From: Paraspadella gotoi
Lineage: Eukaryota; Animalia; Chaetognatha
Length of the DNA stretch: 64,000 bases
Assembly (NCBI GenBank): GCA_051294375.1
Contig: CM119271.1
Span: 9,281,609 to 9,345,608, forward strand
Reading direction: 5' to 3'
Shown: piece by piece, positions 39,912 to 52,216 of the stretch
How the letters are laid out: each line of letters begins with the position of its first letter
Numbering within the stretch: the stretch's first letter is position 1
The notes under the pieces: generated by a model
What the model was told of the DNA's origin: nothing
Database searches by the model: none
What the model saw: the letters and a program-made list of their open reading frames with translations, nothing else
Translations under genes and position numbers: made by a program

Positions 39912-41383
39912 AGAGGACGTTTAACCGAGTTGGCGAACATGGGTGACGTCGCCTGGTTACCATGGTGATCTGAAGACTGAAGAGATTTAGTAGAAGGTTA
40001 CCCCCCCCCCGAGAAAAATAAGGAGAGAAGGGAGGGAGGAAGAGAGGCGAGGTGGAGAAGAAGGGGAGGAGAGAAAAGGAGGAGGAGAAGGAGGAAAGAG
40101 AGTAATTGGAGGAGGAGGTAGAGGAGGAGAAAGGAATGGGAAGGAAAGAGAGAAGTAGAGGAGGAGAGGGAGGAAGAGAGGGAGGAAGAGAGGGAGGAGT
40201 AAAGAAGAGAGAAGAGTTAGAGGTGAGAGGGAGGAAGGGGGAGAAGGAGAAGGAGGAAGAGAGGAGAAAGGGAAAAGGGAGAGAGAGCAAAGAAGGGAGG
40301 GGAACGCAGCTGGAGGGAAGAGAGGAAGGGACGACGACGAAATAGTCGTTGTTGTTGTTGTTGCGAGAGAAGACTAATCATTGAAACTTTCAGGAAGACG
40401 GGAAGAGGAAGAAAACAACAACAACATCGATTGCTACGACAACAACGACGACGACAAAGAAACGATGGGCACAATTGAGTTTCAGGTGTCGAGTTTTTAA
40501 CGAGGAAGTTAGAAATTCGGTCTCGTTTGGGATTCGGTGCTTAACTTGTGGAATGGAGAGTTTGAAGCGTGAGAAAAAGGAAGACGGAAAAGACGAGTAT
40601 TATAGAAGAGATAAAGAAATGCAGAAAAAATGAGAAAAGGGGAGATCGAACAAATGAAATAAAAACAGGAAAAAGATTAAAAAAGAAAATCTCCAGAAAC
40701 ATGGAATGTCTTCAGTCTGTACATGATATAACTTTTGTAATTATGGGATAAATGGCTTTAGGATTTTATTTGAACTTTTCTCGATACTTAATAAAAAAAA
40801 AACAACCGAAAATAATTTAACCTTTTGTACCAATGAAAAAATTAATAATAAATTACTACGTCATTGATAGGGAAGTCGGATACTCTGGGACTCATAAACT
40901 TTACTGCGAGAGAGTCTCGATCAAAAGCTTTCAGGTCTGTGTTAATATCTCGTAAGAGAGATGGAAGCTGACTAAAATCAGTAGGCAATTTAGCTTATTT
41001 ATTAATAGATCACTTTTTTATTGTTTGTCCCGATTTCAAATAAACATTTAAATTATTATATTAAAATTTTAACGACGGTATGAAACCAGAAAGGCGAAAG
41101 TATAAGCGACGACTGGACCAAAAGACGAAAGGCGAAGATGAGCGACGAACCGGCGAAGGACGAACCAGGAGAGACGATAGAAGACGAACGATTATTCCTT
41201 TCAGGAATTCGGAGTCTCTAGACGGCGTCGTGGTCGTCGTCGTCGTCGTCATCGCCCGCGGGAGTCGTTTGTCTAATCGTCACCAGCTCGGGCGCCGAAA
41301 AAACGAGGCGCCGGGGTAAGTGGGCGGCGCCCCGGGGCGGAGAACAGGTGGCGATCGCGCCTCTTGCACTCGCTCGATTGCGT

Positions 41384-41468
<85 letters not shown>

Positions 41469-41767
41469 CGACGAGAGACATGATGCAGGAGGAAAGAAGA
41501 CGAGGGAAGAGGAGAGCATCGTCGACGGGGAGAACGATCTGTGAATGTGGAGGCGGCGGCGACAGCGGCGGCGGCGGCGGCGGCGGCTGCGTCCTTGTTT
41601 ACGTCGTTAATGACACGGATGGTGAAATTGTCAGCGACAAAGTGGATTTTTGTGTCATCATCATCATGTCATCGTGTTTAGCGTCCAAACCAGCATCTTC
41701 TTGCGCCAGCGTTGATGATAACCTCGCGGTTATTTTCCTATTCTTGATCCTTCGAAGGGCAAACTTC

Positions 41768-41768
41768 A

Positions 41769-41847
<79 letters not shown>
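41768..41847. repeat. (GTC)n microsatellite, one of many GAC/GTC tracts in the window
   Basis: Seen directly. Confidence 0.95.
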
Positions 41848-42054
41848 ATCGAGTTTATCTCTCACTGTTACATTGATTTTTCTCGAATGAAATTGAAACG
41901 ACCGATAAAAAAAAATTTATCTTTGAAGTCATTGTCCTCATTGTATTCGTCATCGTCGTCGTCGTCGTCATCGTCGTCATCGTCGTCGTCGTCGTAAACT
42001 GGAAGTCATTTCCGCCTCAACGATTTCGCTCGACGGAAGGAAAGTTGTTTGCGT

Positions 42055-42560
42055 CCTCACGGGTGACGTTACTGTATTGTCTGAATTTAACAACTTGCAG
42101 GTGACGAAGCTGTATCTCCTGGTTTTCCTAGTGACGTTACTGTATTGTCCGAGTTTCACAGCTTGCTTGTATCGGTCGACAAGACTGCATTGCCGATGTT
42201 AAGTGCATTTTGGGTGAAATGACTGCATCTGCGATTCTATATCTTTGATATTTACAACTTTGATGGTGACACGACTGTATCACCCACGTTATTGGCTTCG
42301 CTAGCGCCTCGTTGACGGCTTTGAAGGTAACATAACTGTATTTTCAGTGTCAACATCTTTGCTTGGGGACGACATTGAACCGTGTCCCTTTGCTTTGTCA
42401 ATTTACGTTCTCGACATGCTTCACGGCCTCGCAGGTGCCGTCACTGTATCCTCGATGTTTACGGCTTCGGCAGGTGTCCTCTCTGTAAATCGAGAGTTTA
42501 TGGCTTCTCAGGTGTCGTCACTGTATCTCATTCGTCATCTTTGCTTATTTCCCTCAGGCA
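42055..42560. repeat. degenerate minisatellite with core ggtgacgt(t/c)actgtat
   Basis: The core recurs at ~30-40-bp spacing. No protein family is recognisable in any frame. Confidence 0.55.
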
Positions 42561-42614
42561 TGACGCCTCTTCTATTTTCGCTCTTCTAGTTTGGATGACG
42601 ATCTTTGATTTTTC

Positions 42615-42930
42615 TTTTAGTTGCGCGGAACAACTCTATAAGTCACTTTTCAGTTGGTCGGTCGGTCGGAATGTCTGTCCGTCGCTCTGTCCCTCTTTCA
42701 ATAAGACAGGAAAAAAAACAATTCAAATCTAACGGACTGCTCGCACCGCCTTCAGGAAATCCTAAAACTATAAAGAATAAAAGACGGAAATCCTATGCAG
42801 TGCGTGTTGTAAATGCAAATACAATATAAAGACGTTTGTTATACATAAATTTCCTAGTCATGTAGTCGTGTGAAATACACGTGAAAAGAAAGTTACTGAG
42901 GTGCAACACATTGGATGGACCGATCTTGTT
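42615..42930 (+). mobile_element. short HINE-like repeat, family B, internally deleted
   Basis: tttagttgcgcggaacaactctataagtcacttttc..(GGTC)n..ggactgct.gc.ccg..ttcaggaa.tcctaaaactataaagaataaaag..gcaacacattgga..tcttgtt. Confidence 0.7.
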
Positions 42931-44520
42931 GGTTATTTTGATAACATTTGAACAAAAACAAATGTCACATGTTACCTCGCGTCGGGTCGGTCTTTTTCTT
43001 AGGTTATTTCAGTTGACCTTATCTGACCTTATCTTTTCACCGATATAGTCGCTTTCTCGCTGCTTTCTTTTCGCTGAGATTACGTGAAACTTGTTATTCG
43101 ATCAGAATCATAATCATAAAAAAATGATCGTCCGTCCGGGACCGTAGTACTAGTAATAGTTTTTCTGATTATAAGTTAAGCGTGTAATTCCCATTCCATT
43201 CTTTCTAATCTCATTAATTAATTCCCATCCAATCATCATCGTTCATTTTTCCCATCGTCAATCGTCATTTTTTCTGTCATCTTCACGTTTTCCATTGTCA
43301 ACCTTCATTTTTTCCCCATCTTTGCCCTCGATATTTCCCATCATCATCCCAAAATCTTTCCCATCGTCATCTCTTCAATTTTCCCATCGTCACCCCTTCC
43401 ATTTTTTCCCAACTTTGCTCTCAATATTTCCCATCGTCATCCCTTCATATTTCCCCTTGTCATCCGTCCATTTTCCCTAGCATTATCCCACAATATTCCC
43501 CATCGTCACCCCTCCATTTTTCCCATCTTTGCCCCAATATTTCCCATCGTCAACCTTCCATTTTTCTCGTCGTTACCGTCCATTTTTCTGGACAAACGAC
43601 TCCGCGTCGAACGGAACCCAAGAAATAGATTACGGAAAAAAAAAGAGGAAAGAGCGAAAAAAAAAGCAAATACAATATAAAGACGTTTGTTATACATAAA
43701 TTTCCTAGTCATGTAGTCTGTGAAAATACACGTGAAAAGAAAGTTACTGAGGTTACAACACATTGGATGGACCGATCTTGTTGGTTATTTTTGATAACAT
43801 TTGAACAAAAACAAATGTCACATGTTACCTCGCTGGGTCGGTCTTTTTCTTAGGTTATTTCAGTGAACCTTATCTGACCTTATCTTTTCACCAATATAGT
43901 CGCTTTCTCGCTGCTTTCTTTTCGCTGAGATTACGTGCAACTTGTTATTCGATCAGAATCATAATCATAAAAAAATGATCGTCCGTCCGGGACCGTAGTA
44001 CTAGTAATAGTTTTTCTGATTATAAAGTTAAGCGTGTAATTCCCATTCCATTCTTTCTATATCTCATTAATTAATTCCCATCCAATCATCATCGTTCATT
44101 TTTCCATCGTCAATCGTCATTTTTCTGTCACTTCACGTTTTCCATTGTCAACCTCATTTTTCCCCAATCTTTGCCCTCGATTTTCCCATCTCATCCCAAA
44201 ATCTTTCCCATCGTCATTCTCTTCAATTTTCCCATAGTCACCCCTTCCATTTTTTTCTCAACTCTTGCTCTCAATATTTCCCAATCGTCATCCCTTCATA
44301 TTTCCCCTTGTCATCCGTCCATTTTCCCTAGCATTATCCCACAATTATTCCCCCATCGTCACCCCTCCATTTTTCCCATCTTTTGCCCCCATATTTTCCA
44401 TCGTCAACCTTCCATTTTTCTCGTCGTTACCGGTCCATTTTTTCTGGACAAACGCCCTGCCGCGTCGAACGAACCCAAGAAATAGATTACGAAAAAAAAG
44501 AAGGAAAAGCGAAAAAAAAA
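42816..44520 (+). repeat. tandem duplication of an ~850-bp unit containing a (tttcccatcgtca)-type minisatellite
   Basis: The unit starts gcaaatacaatataaagacgtttg at 42816 and again at 43666. The copies are near-identical, with indels concentrated in the second. Confidence 0.85.
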
Positions 44521-44561
44521 ATTTTTTTCGGGTGGGTGGGGAATAACCATTTCGTTTCTCT

Positions 44562-44650
<89 letters not shown>

Positions 44651-46198
44651 GTCATATCTCAACCCGGATTCGAATNNNNNNNNNNNNNNNNNNNNNNNNN
44701 CTTACCCGTCGTCGTGATTGTTGTTGTTGTCGTCGTCGTTGTTGTCGTCGTCCTTATTGTTTTTCCCCCTCTTACATGATTTTTCCATTGTTTTACATAT
44801 TTTTAATAATTTCATGACTTAGTAAACAAATCAATGACCCGGAATTAAAGTAAGTTCAATTTACGCGGAATACAAACATAAATGCAGTTATTTCAATAAT
44901 ATAATAAATTAAATCCAAAGTTTTTTTTTCCGGGAACTTGAGGTTAGTCCTTATTTTTACGTTTATTGCAGAATCGGAAGCCCTACTTCGACTTATTACC
45001 TCATGACCTCTTTATATTCATCGCCTTCCCTAACTTACCCTCGATTCTCGGTGACTTTCCGCGATTTTACGAGAATTACTTTTCCTTTCCAGTATCCCGG
45101 GGTCTTTCGCCTTTGCTTCTCTTCGCTTTTACTTTGCTTTTTCTTTGCTTTTCGCTTTTTAAAGTCTTATTCTGGATTTCCGGGGGAAACTTTTTTTCTT
45201 TAAGTCGTAAAGTAGGACTGTCGTTAGGTCTCTCGTTTTCCCAATTCGTCCAACTTATTCTTTAACTTACCTTTCAACTAGATTCACGACAGTTAAATCT
45301 GTCTTCTGCCTTCGCTGACTTCTCTATTTTTTCTTTTCTTTTCCCATCCTTTCCCCTCTCTTATCTTCTATGCATCTTCTCTCTTTTTCGTTGTATCTTT
45401 CCTCTCTCATCTTTCGCTCTTACTTCTCTTTCTTGTCTCTCTCTCTCTCCTTTCTCTCTTCCCTCTCTAACTTTCCTCTCTTGACATTTCCTTTCACCAA
45501 AACTTCCCCGAGGTCATTTCCCTTGATTTACCCCGAAGGATTTCCTTCTTCCTTTATCTTTTTCGTCTCCTTCCCTCATCTGTTTAAAATCTTCCTCTTC
45601 TTCTTTCTCCTTCTTTCATTGTCTTCTTCGTCTCCTTCCCTCATCCTTTTAAAATCTTCCTCTCCTTCTTTCTCCTTCTTCCTTTGTCTTTTTCGTCTCC
45701 TTCCCCTCATCCTTTTAAACTCTTTTCTCTCCTTCTTCCGTCTTCTTCGTCATCTTCCTTTTCTTTTTTTTCTTTTCTTTCCTCCCTCTTTCCTCCCTTT
45801 CACCCTCTACCTCCACTCTTCTTTACTCATATTTTTTCTTCCCTCTCTTCATTTATCGTCACTCCTCTAAATCACTCTCCTTTTCGCAGATTAAATTCGA
45901 CCAATCAGCGATCCTCCTTTGTCCAAACCACTCGAATTCCAACCAATCAGATCGTTTCATTTCTATTCAGCCTGTTGGCTAAAAGGCATCGACGCGATAC
46001 GACTTTTACAACGTAAAGTGACGGATATTGCGTGGATTTTTGTGGCGTGACTGATGACGTGGCAGACGTGGCGCTACTGAAAGAACTCGTTTCGACGACA
46101 AAAACGACGACGTGTCCCTACGAACAGACGCGTTGACGCCGACGCCGACGAAAAGAAATGAAAAAAAGCGCCGGTTTCTTTCTTCGTCGTTGAGAAAA

Positions 46199-46290
46199 GA
46201 CGCCGGGGGATGGAATCGGACGACGCCGGCCTGGGATGGCGACGCCGGCCTGGGATGGCGACGCCGGGCTGGGATGGCAACGCCGCCGGC
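46199..46290. repeat. 19-bp GC-rich minisatellite (cgacgccggcctgggatgg), ~4 copies
   Basis: Seen directly. Confidence 0.85.
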
Positions 46291-46973
46291 GTCTCTCACT
46301 TCCGGTCAGGAGTCAATCGACTCCTTCTCGCGGAATTCCGAGGTTCGTGGGAATTTCGGGATTCGGGAAGTTACGTTAGGGGGGCGGGCCGGGTAGGGGG
46401 GACGGGAGGGGTGATTTCGGGGGGGGGGGGGGGTGAGGAGAGGGAAAGGGTGGATGGGGTAAGTTGAAGGTAAGACTCGGCGTCCTTACCTTCTTCGGTT
46501 ATCGAGTCTCTGAATTGAGGGTCCTTTGCGTTTATTTTACGTCATTTGGAGGTTTAGACGGGTCGTGTGTTTTTATATGTTTCGATATTTCTATGCTTCT
46601 TTGAAGACATATTCATTTTAGATTCATCTTAATTTCTCTATTTTGCGGTTTTGTTTTTGACGTTCGTTGTCACGGTTGTTATCAGGCCATCGTCGTCATG
46701 CATTCATACTTTTCAACATTAACAATTAACAATTTCGTTAGATTTTTTGAATCAGTATTCAATATCCATTGATTTCGTGATTTTAATTTTTGAATCACCC
46801 CTGTAAAAAATATAAGGGGCGGAGGAGGAGAAGAAAGTGACCAGTTGGAAGTGACCCTTTAACCTTTTCTTCTCTCTCCTGGTGATAGAAGACAGATCGT
46901 GGCTGTCACAGATCTATGATAAAAGACTCTTTCGGGTGTGACACACACAAAATACGATGACGATGATGTTAAG

Positions 46974-47022
<49 letters not shown>

Positions 47023-47475
47023 AAAAGTAGGAAAAAACAAAAATAGATTCAAGGTCAAGAATGAAATAATTCGCGAAACAGAAACAGCGCCACTGGAAAA
47101 TCTCTCTAAGATTTTCACTGTTAGATTTAATTTGACTTTTTTTTCAAAAGAGTTTATTGTTTCCCAAAGTTAGCGTGGAAATAATGTTTACGCCGAAATT
47201 TCATCCATTTCTATAACCTCTCAGTCAGACGTTATTATTAAATTATACTATTACCGCCGTACAATTTTGCAAAACAACTTTAAAAAAAATAGGAAAAAAA
47301 TATAAAAAAACAAAGAGCAACTTTTAAAAACCAGTTTCGAAAAACCCCTGAGGCTACTTTCTTTAAGCTTCAGCAAACTTTATCAATTTAACCAACTGCC
47401 GTAGCTAAACCACAAACGAAAAATATCAAAACTGCAATATGCAAATGAGATTAAAGGAAAAATCGCCAAACTCAC

Positions 47476-47663
47476 CTCGGCGTGATGCCGTCCGCAGAAA
47501 ACGTTGCCGTCCTTGTGAAAGTAGATGAGGTCGACGAGGAGCTCGTTGCAGGTGTAACAGACGAAGCAGGCCGGGTGCCAGCAGGTGCCGCTGCCCGCCC
47601 GTGTCGCCCACACCGTCATGTCGCCTCCGCAGATGCCGTCACCGCAGTGGACGCATCGGGTGC
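47476..47663 (-). CDS. prickle: prickle exon, LIM1 domain
   Basis: (G)[62 protein letters not shown]. cacttag acceptor, GAG|gtgagt donor, 188 nt, phase 1/0. Confidence 0.95.
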
Positions 47664-48141
47664 CTAAGTGGGATGTTGAAGAGGGTTGTGGAGGGAAGAG
47701 TGGGGGAAAGAGTGGGGTGTGGAGGGAACAGTGGGTACAGACGTTTAGTTGGCTGCGTATAGGAGGGCAACTATGTCTGAAATAAGAGAAGCGTCTTGCC
47801 AGAATAACAATAGGTTCAAAAGATACAGCTTTACTATAGAATTCGCATTTCAAGTGAATCTTATGTACTTGGATATAGGAGATTAAAATTAGATTTAGAT
47901 TAAACTCAATTAGATTTAACACTACAATATGCAAATGAGATTGAGAAATTCAAGATCATATTAAATAATTATCTGTTACAAAGTGTTCAGGGCGAAGCTG
48001 TTGACTATCATTGAGAAATAGAAGTAAAACGATTTTTAGTTTTATCTAAAAAGTACGTATATCTCTTTTGTATTTTCGACTTCGTCTGAATATCGATGAT
48101 CTGGAGATTAGAAGGAGAGTGAGAGCAGAGAGAGAGAGAGA

Positions 48142-48193
<52 letters not shown>

Positions 48194-48337
48194 TGAAATA
48201 ATGAATACTAAAGTCTTTACTATCTTTACAAAAGATAGAAAGATAAAAAATAAACAAAAAACAAAGAAAGAAACAAGAAAACCACATTTTTCTCATCGCT
48301 CTCCTTCTCCCATTCGAAGCCACGCCTCCTAACTCAC

Positions 48338-48536
48338 CCGCCATGGTCAGAGGGTAAGGCCTCACGGTCCCGCGACCCAACGATTCTTTCTTCCGCTGCG
48401 TGGCGAACAGCCGCAGTTCCCTCGCTTCCTCCTCCGTCAACGCGTTGCAGTAGCGCGCCTCGTTGTCGTGCGGCGGCAGCTGCTGCAGCAGCTGCTTGAT
48501 GCGGTACTTTTCCCCGATGCTGTTCACGTAGGGAAC
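48338..48536 (-). CDS. prickle: prickle exon, PET domain C-terminal half
   Basis: [66 protein letters not shown](G). tttccag acceptor, G|gtgagt donor, 199 nt, phase 0/1. Confidence 0.95.
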
Positions 48537-48884
48537 CTGGAAATGAGGGATGAGTGAGGGGGAAAAAGGGGTCGGTGAGGTTTCCTTGGGTACGAGGGTA
48601 GGTGAGTTTAGCAGCTGAGGGTGCAGCGAATGAACCAGTATGATCGCAGCGTCTTCAGGTTCGCCGAAACTCGAGACGGAAATGAATGCGTACAAATTGT
48701 TATTTTTTTTTCTACTTTCGTCGGAAAAGAGGGAAGGGTGAGGAAGAAGTGAGGTGAAGAAAGGATTAGACGTTAGTGATCGACAAAGGGAAATGGGTGG
48801 AATAAGGAGCGCGAGAGAAAGAAAAGGAGAATGCCGTGAGGGGGGGGAAGGTTTAATCTCTGACTTTGCCGTTTTCTCATTTTC

Positions 48885-48965
<81 letters not shown>

Positions 48966-50192
48966 TTATTCTTTGCGACGCGTATTTGATTTACACCTGC
49001 TGCTCAGAATTAATTCGGTGTTTTCATTTCTTTTCTTTATTTTTTTTCTCTCTCGATCGCTTGTCGATTGTTTTTATTTTTTTTCGCGAGAAATTCTTAT
49101 ATCGACAAAAAAAAGATGTGATATTGTTCACATTATCGGATAAGTTTTAGAATAAATCGAGATGTTTGTTGGAGAAAATCGATGAAACCATATCTAACCA
49201 GAATAATAAAAGTTTGCGAAAATTGACAAAATAAAAAAAGGAAAAATAAATAGAATGAAGGACGCTGTAGTATATTAGTAGTATGTAGTATGTAGTATAT
49301 TAGTATGTAGTATATAATTCAACGTTCAATACTCTTCACGTGACCGGGTTCAACCTCCTCAACCAAAAACGTGCGATTCAGATGTCGAAACCTTTTTTCG
49401 TAACACTTGCATATAAGTTGAAAGGCGACTGATATATCTGTATTTATTCTTTTTGAAATGCAATGATCAACTGATTTTGCATAGGCTTTAATAATTATTT
49501 CTCTTCACTCTAATAACAATTTAACCTTAAATCAGTTTAATTTTTACGATAATGAAAAAAAAATATAGCAGAATGACAGAGATAACGTCGCTTTTCCACG
49601 AGACTAAAAAAGAAAGCGAGAAACCAAAGAAAATATACCAAAGGGTGAGGCCCGATGACCTCCAACTCACCCTATCGTCAACCTCGCCTTCCTTACTCAC
49701 CTCGCCCGCCACACCCCCTCCTTCGGAAGGAAACCGGTACCATTTCTCAAAATCCGCGACCGACAAAGTTCGTGGCTTCACGATTCCGTTTTATCCTTCC
49801 TCATTCATTGACTGACCGACCGACCGACGGGCGAGCGGGCGACCCGGGCACACGTCACGGCCAGCTGCTGGATGGTCAAATCGGGGTTAGGGGATGCCCC
49901 CCGGGTTGAGGGGGGGTGGAGGGCTTGCGCGAGTCTGAGGACTATGCACGAGACAAGAAATAAAAAGGGATTTTGGGTCTAGTTTTTTGTCACTTCAGGA
50001 ATGCGCTTTTAGAGTTTCACTATCCATTCGTTTAATAAATAAGCCATCTTGACCTTGATTTTGGACGGGGTAAATATTTCAGGAGGGATAATAATATCGA
50101 ATAGGAATTTATAAATAATAAGCTAAAACTTGATAATTTTACTTTTCATTCCTCCTTCAAATGAGACGCCGATTTTAAATACGTCAACCTTT

Positions 50193-50580
50193 TTTTACTT
50201 GCGCCACGAGTACTCGCGGACCAACTCTATAAGTTACTTTTCGGACGGTCGGTCGGTCGGTCCGTCTTTATGTCTGTCCGTCGGTCTGTCCCACTTAAGT
50301 TAAAAATGCATATAATTTGCCTATAGTAGGTTGCTCATTTGTTAGACAGGAAAAAACCTCAAATCAAAGGGACTGCTAGCGCCGCTTTCAGGAAATAAAA
50401 GACAAAAGACAAAATTCCGATGCAGTGCGTGTCATAAATACACTGGCTAAGAAAGTTGAGGTATCCATGTTGTCATGTCATGTCACGTCGTCATGTCATG
50501 TAATGTCATGTCATGTCACAAGAAACACACGTGATAAGGCTGTCACTGCGGCGCAACACATTTGAATTACCGTTCTTGTT
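50193..50580 (+). mobile_element. short HINE-like interspersed repeat, family B, full copy
   Basis: 5' hairpin ttgcgccacgagtactcgcgg..caactctataag, (GGTC)n microsatellite, (CATGT)n tract, 3' subTIR gcggcgcaac, ttcttgtt end. Homologous to 11239-11602, 7716-8093 and 42615-42930. Confidence 0.75.
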
Positions 50581-52124
50581 CTCTTTTATTTTTTCTTCTT
50601 CTCTTCTCTCCTATTCTCTCAATCCACTTTATTTTAATTTCCTTTTCCCTCTTCCTTCCTCACCCTGTCCCCCTCTTCTCCCCTTACACCTTCTATCCCT
50701 CCTGTCCTCCTCCTCCTCCTCCTCTCTCGGCCCAGCGGAGGCGTCTGGATATTTTTCGTGCTTTTGCTTCCACTTTGCTGCTCAGTCGATCGAAACCCAA
50801 CCCCGGCTCTTTTTCCATCTTTCTTTCTTTTTTTTTTAATTCTTTTTTTTTTTCTTTTTTGTTCTTAAAGAAGAAAAAAAATGTAATTGAGGCAGTTTTT
50901 ACCATTCCCCTTTCAAACAATATATTTCCTTGCAATGTCGCGTATTTTTTGGGGTTTTATTTTTATTACTGACATCCCTTTCCATAACTACTTCGGTTTT
51001 TTTAGTTTGTTTTTTTATTTATTTCAGGAGCAAATACTTTCTACCCAGGCTATTTTAATCTTTTGTTTTCATCCCGACGCCTTTCTACACAATTTTGCGT
51101 TTTAAAACTTTTTCGAAAAACTGGAGCAGACCACTTTTCAATTTTTTTTTGCTCACAAAGCGATTTTTCAGGCTTCACGGTTCATCGCCGTGACCTTTTC
51201 GACCTTTTGAGCAGCATTAACCGGATGGCGAAGTATCAGCGAAAAAAAAAACAGCATCAACGATGCATCAAAGGTCGTTTTAAGTATTAAATTTAATATT
51301 TAATTATTAAAATTCTTTAAAAAAAAAATGTCGACCGACGTTCTGGCAAACAAGAGGAAATTCATCTTTGTTATTCATATCTTTTTTATATAAATTTTTT
51401 TTGGTCTTTTGTTTTTGTTTTTTTTCTCTATTCTTAGAACAAAAACAAATATGACGTATCAAAGGCGCCATCGCGCGGTCGGGAAAGCCGATACACGATT
51501 CGCTTCCCTTAGCCTCGGGGCGCCGCGAGCAAACATTCGGGGCGTTTACGACCAGAAGGAAGATTAATATAGCATCGATACATGAAACTTTTTTCGTTAG
51601 GCAATGAAAATACAGAAAGCCGACTCCGGAGAATCGGTAGACGGTCTCCTCGGCTTTAATGCCGCGTACTCTCTCTCTCTCTCTGCGGCTTTATACCCTC
51701 GACTTGAGTATTCTTTTTCCCAGGGTGGGAAGTGGATATAAAGAGAACCGTTACGAGTTCGAAAACTGGATTAACATTCTGATCTCCGGCGAAATCCTTT
51801 TACGCGGGACTCGACTCGTTTTATATTGAGTCGCCGAGGAGTGCGGAAAGCGTAACTATGGCAACGGTGATAGGACGACGAAGAAGAAGAAGTTGAAATG
51901 ATGACGACGGTAAAGAAGATATTGATGATGTTGTCGTGATTAAAGAAATTGCAATGGCAAAGAAGATTAAACAGAAAATGTTTAGTCACATTATTTGTTG
52001 TGGTTTAAAATTTTGTAATTTTAAGAATTGCTAATTAAAAGGAGCGACTTATTTTAGATATTATGATGTAATGTGAGGATTTATCAACTTTATTTAATGT
52101 TAATACTAATATTGCGGATAATAG

Positions 52125-52216
<92 letters not shown>

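Noticed and set aside
46050-46090. CTGATGA...GAAA hammerhead-like spacing
   Set aside because: Stem II lacks the closing G-C pair, and there is no convincing stem III or cleavage triplet.
46788-46806. Tc1/mariner-like terminus (ttttgaatcacccctgta)
   Set aside because: No partner inverted repeat was found, so an element cannot be delimited.
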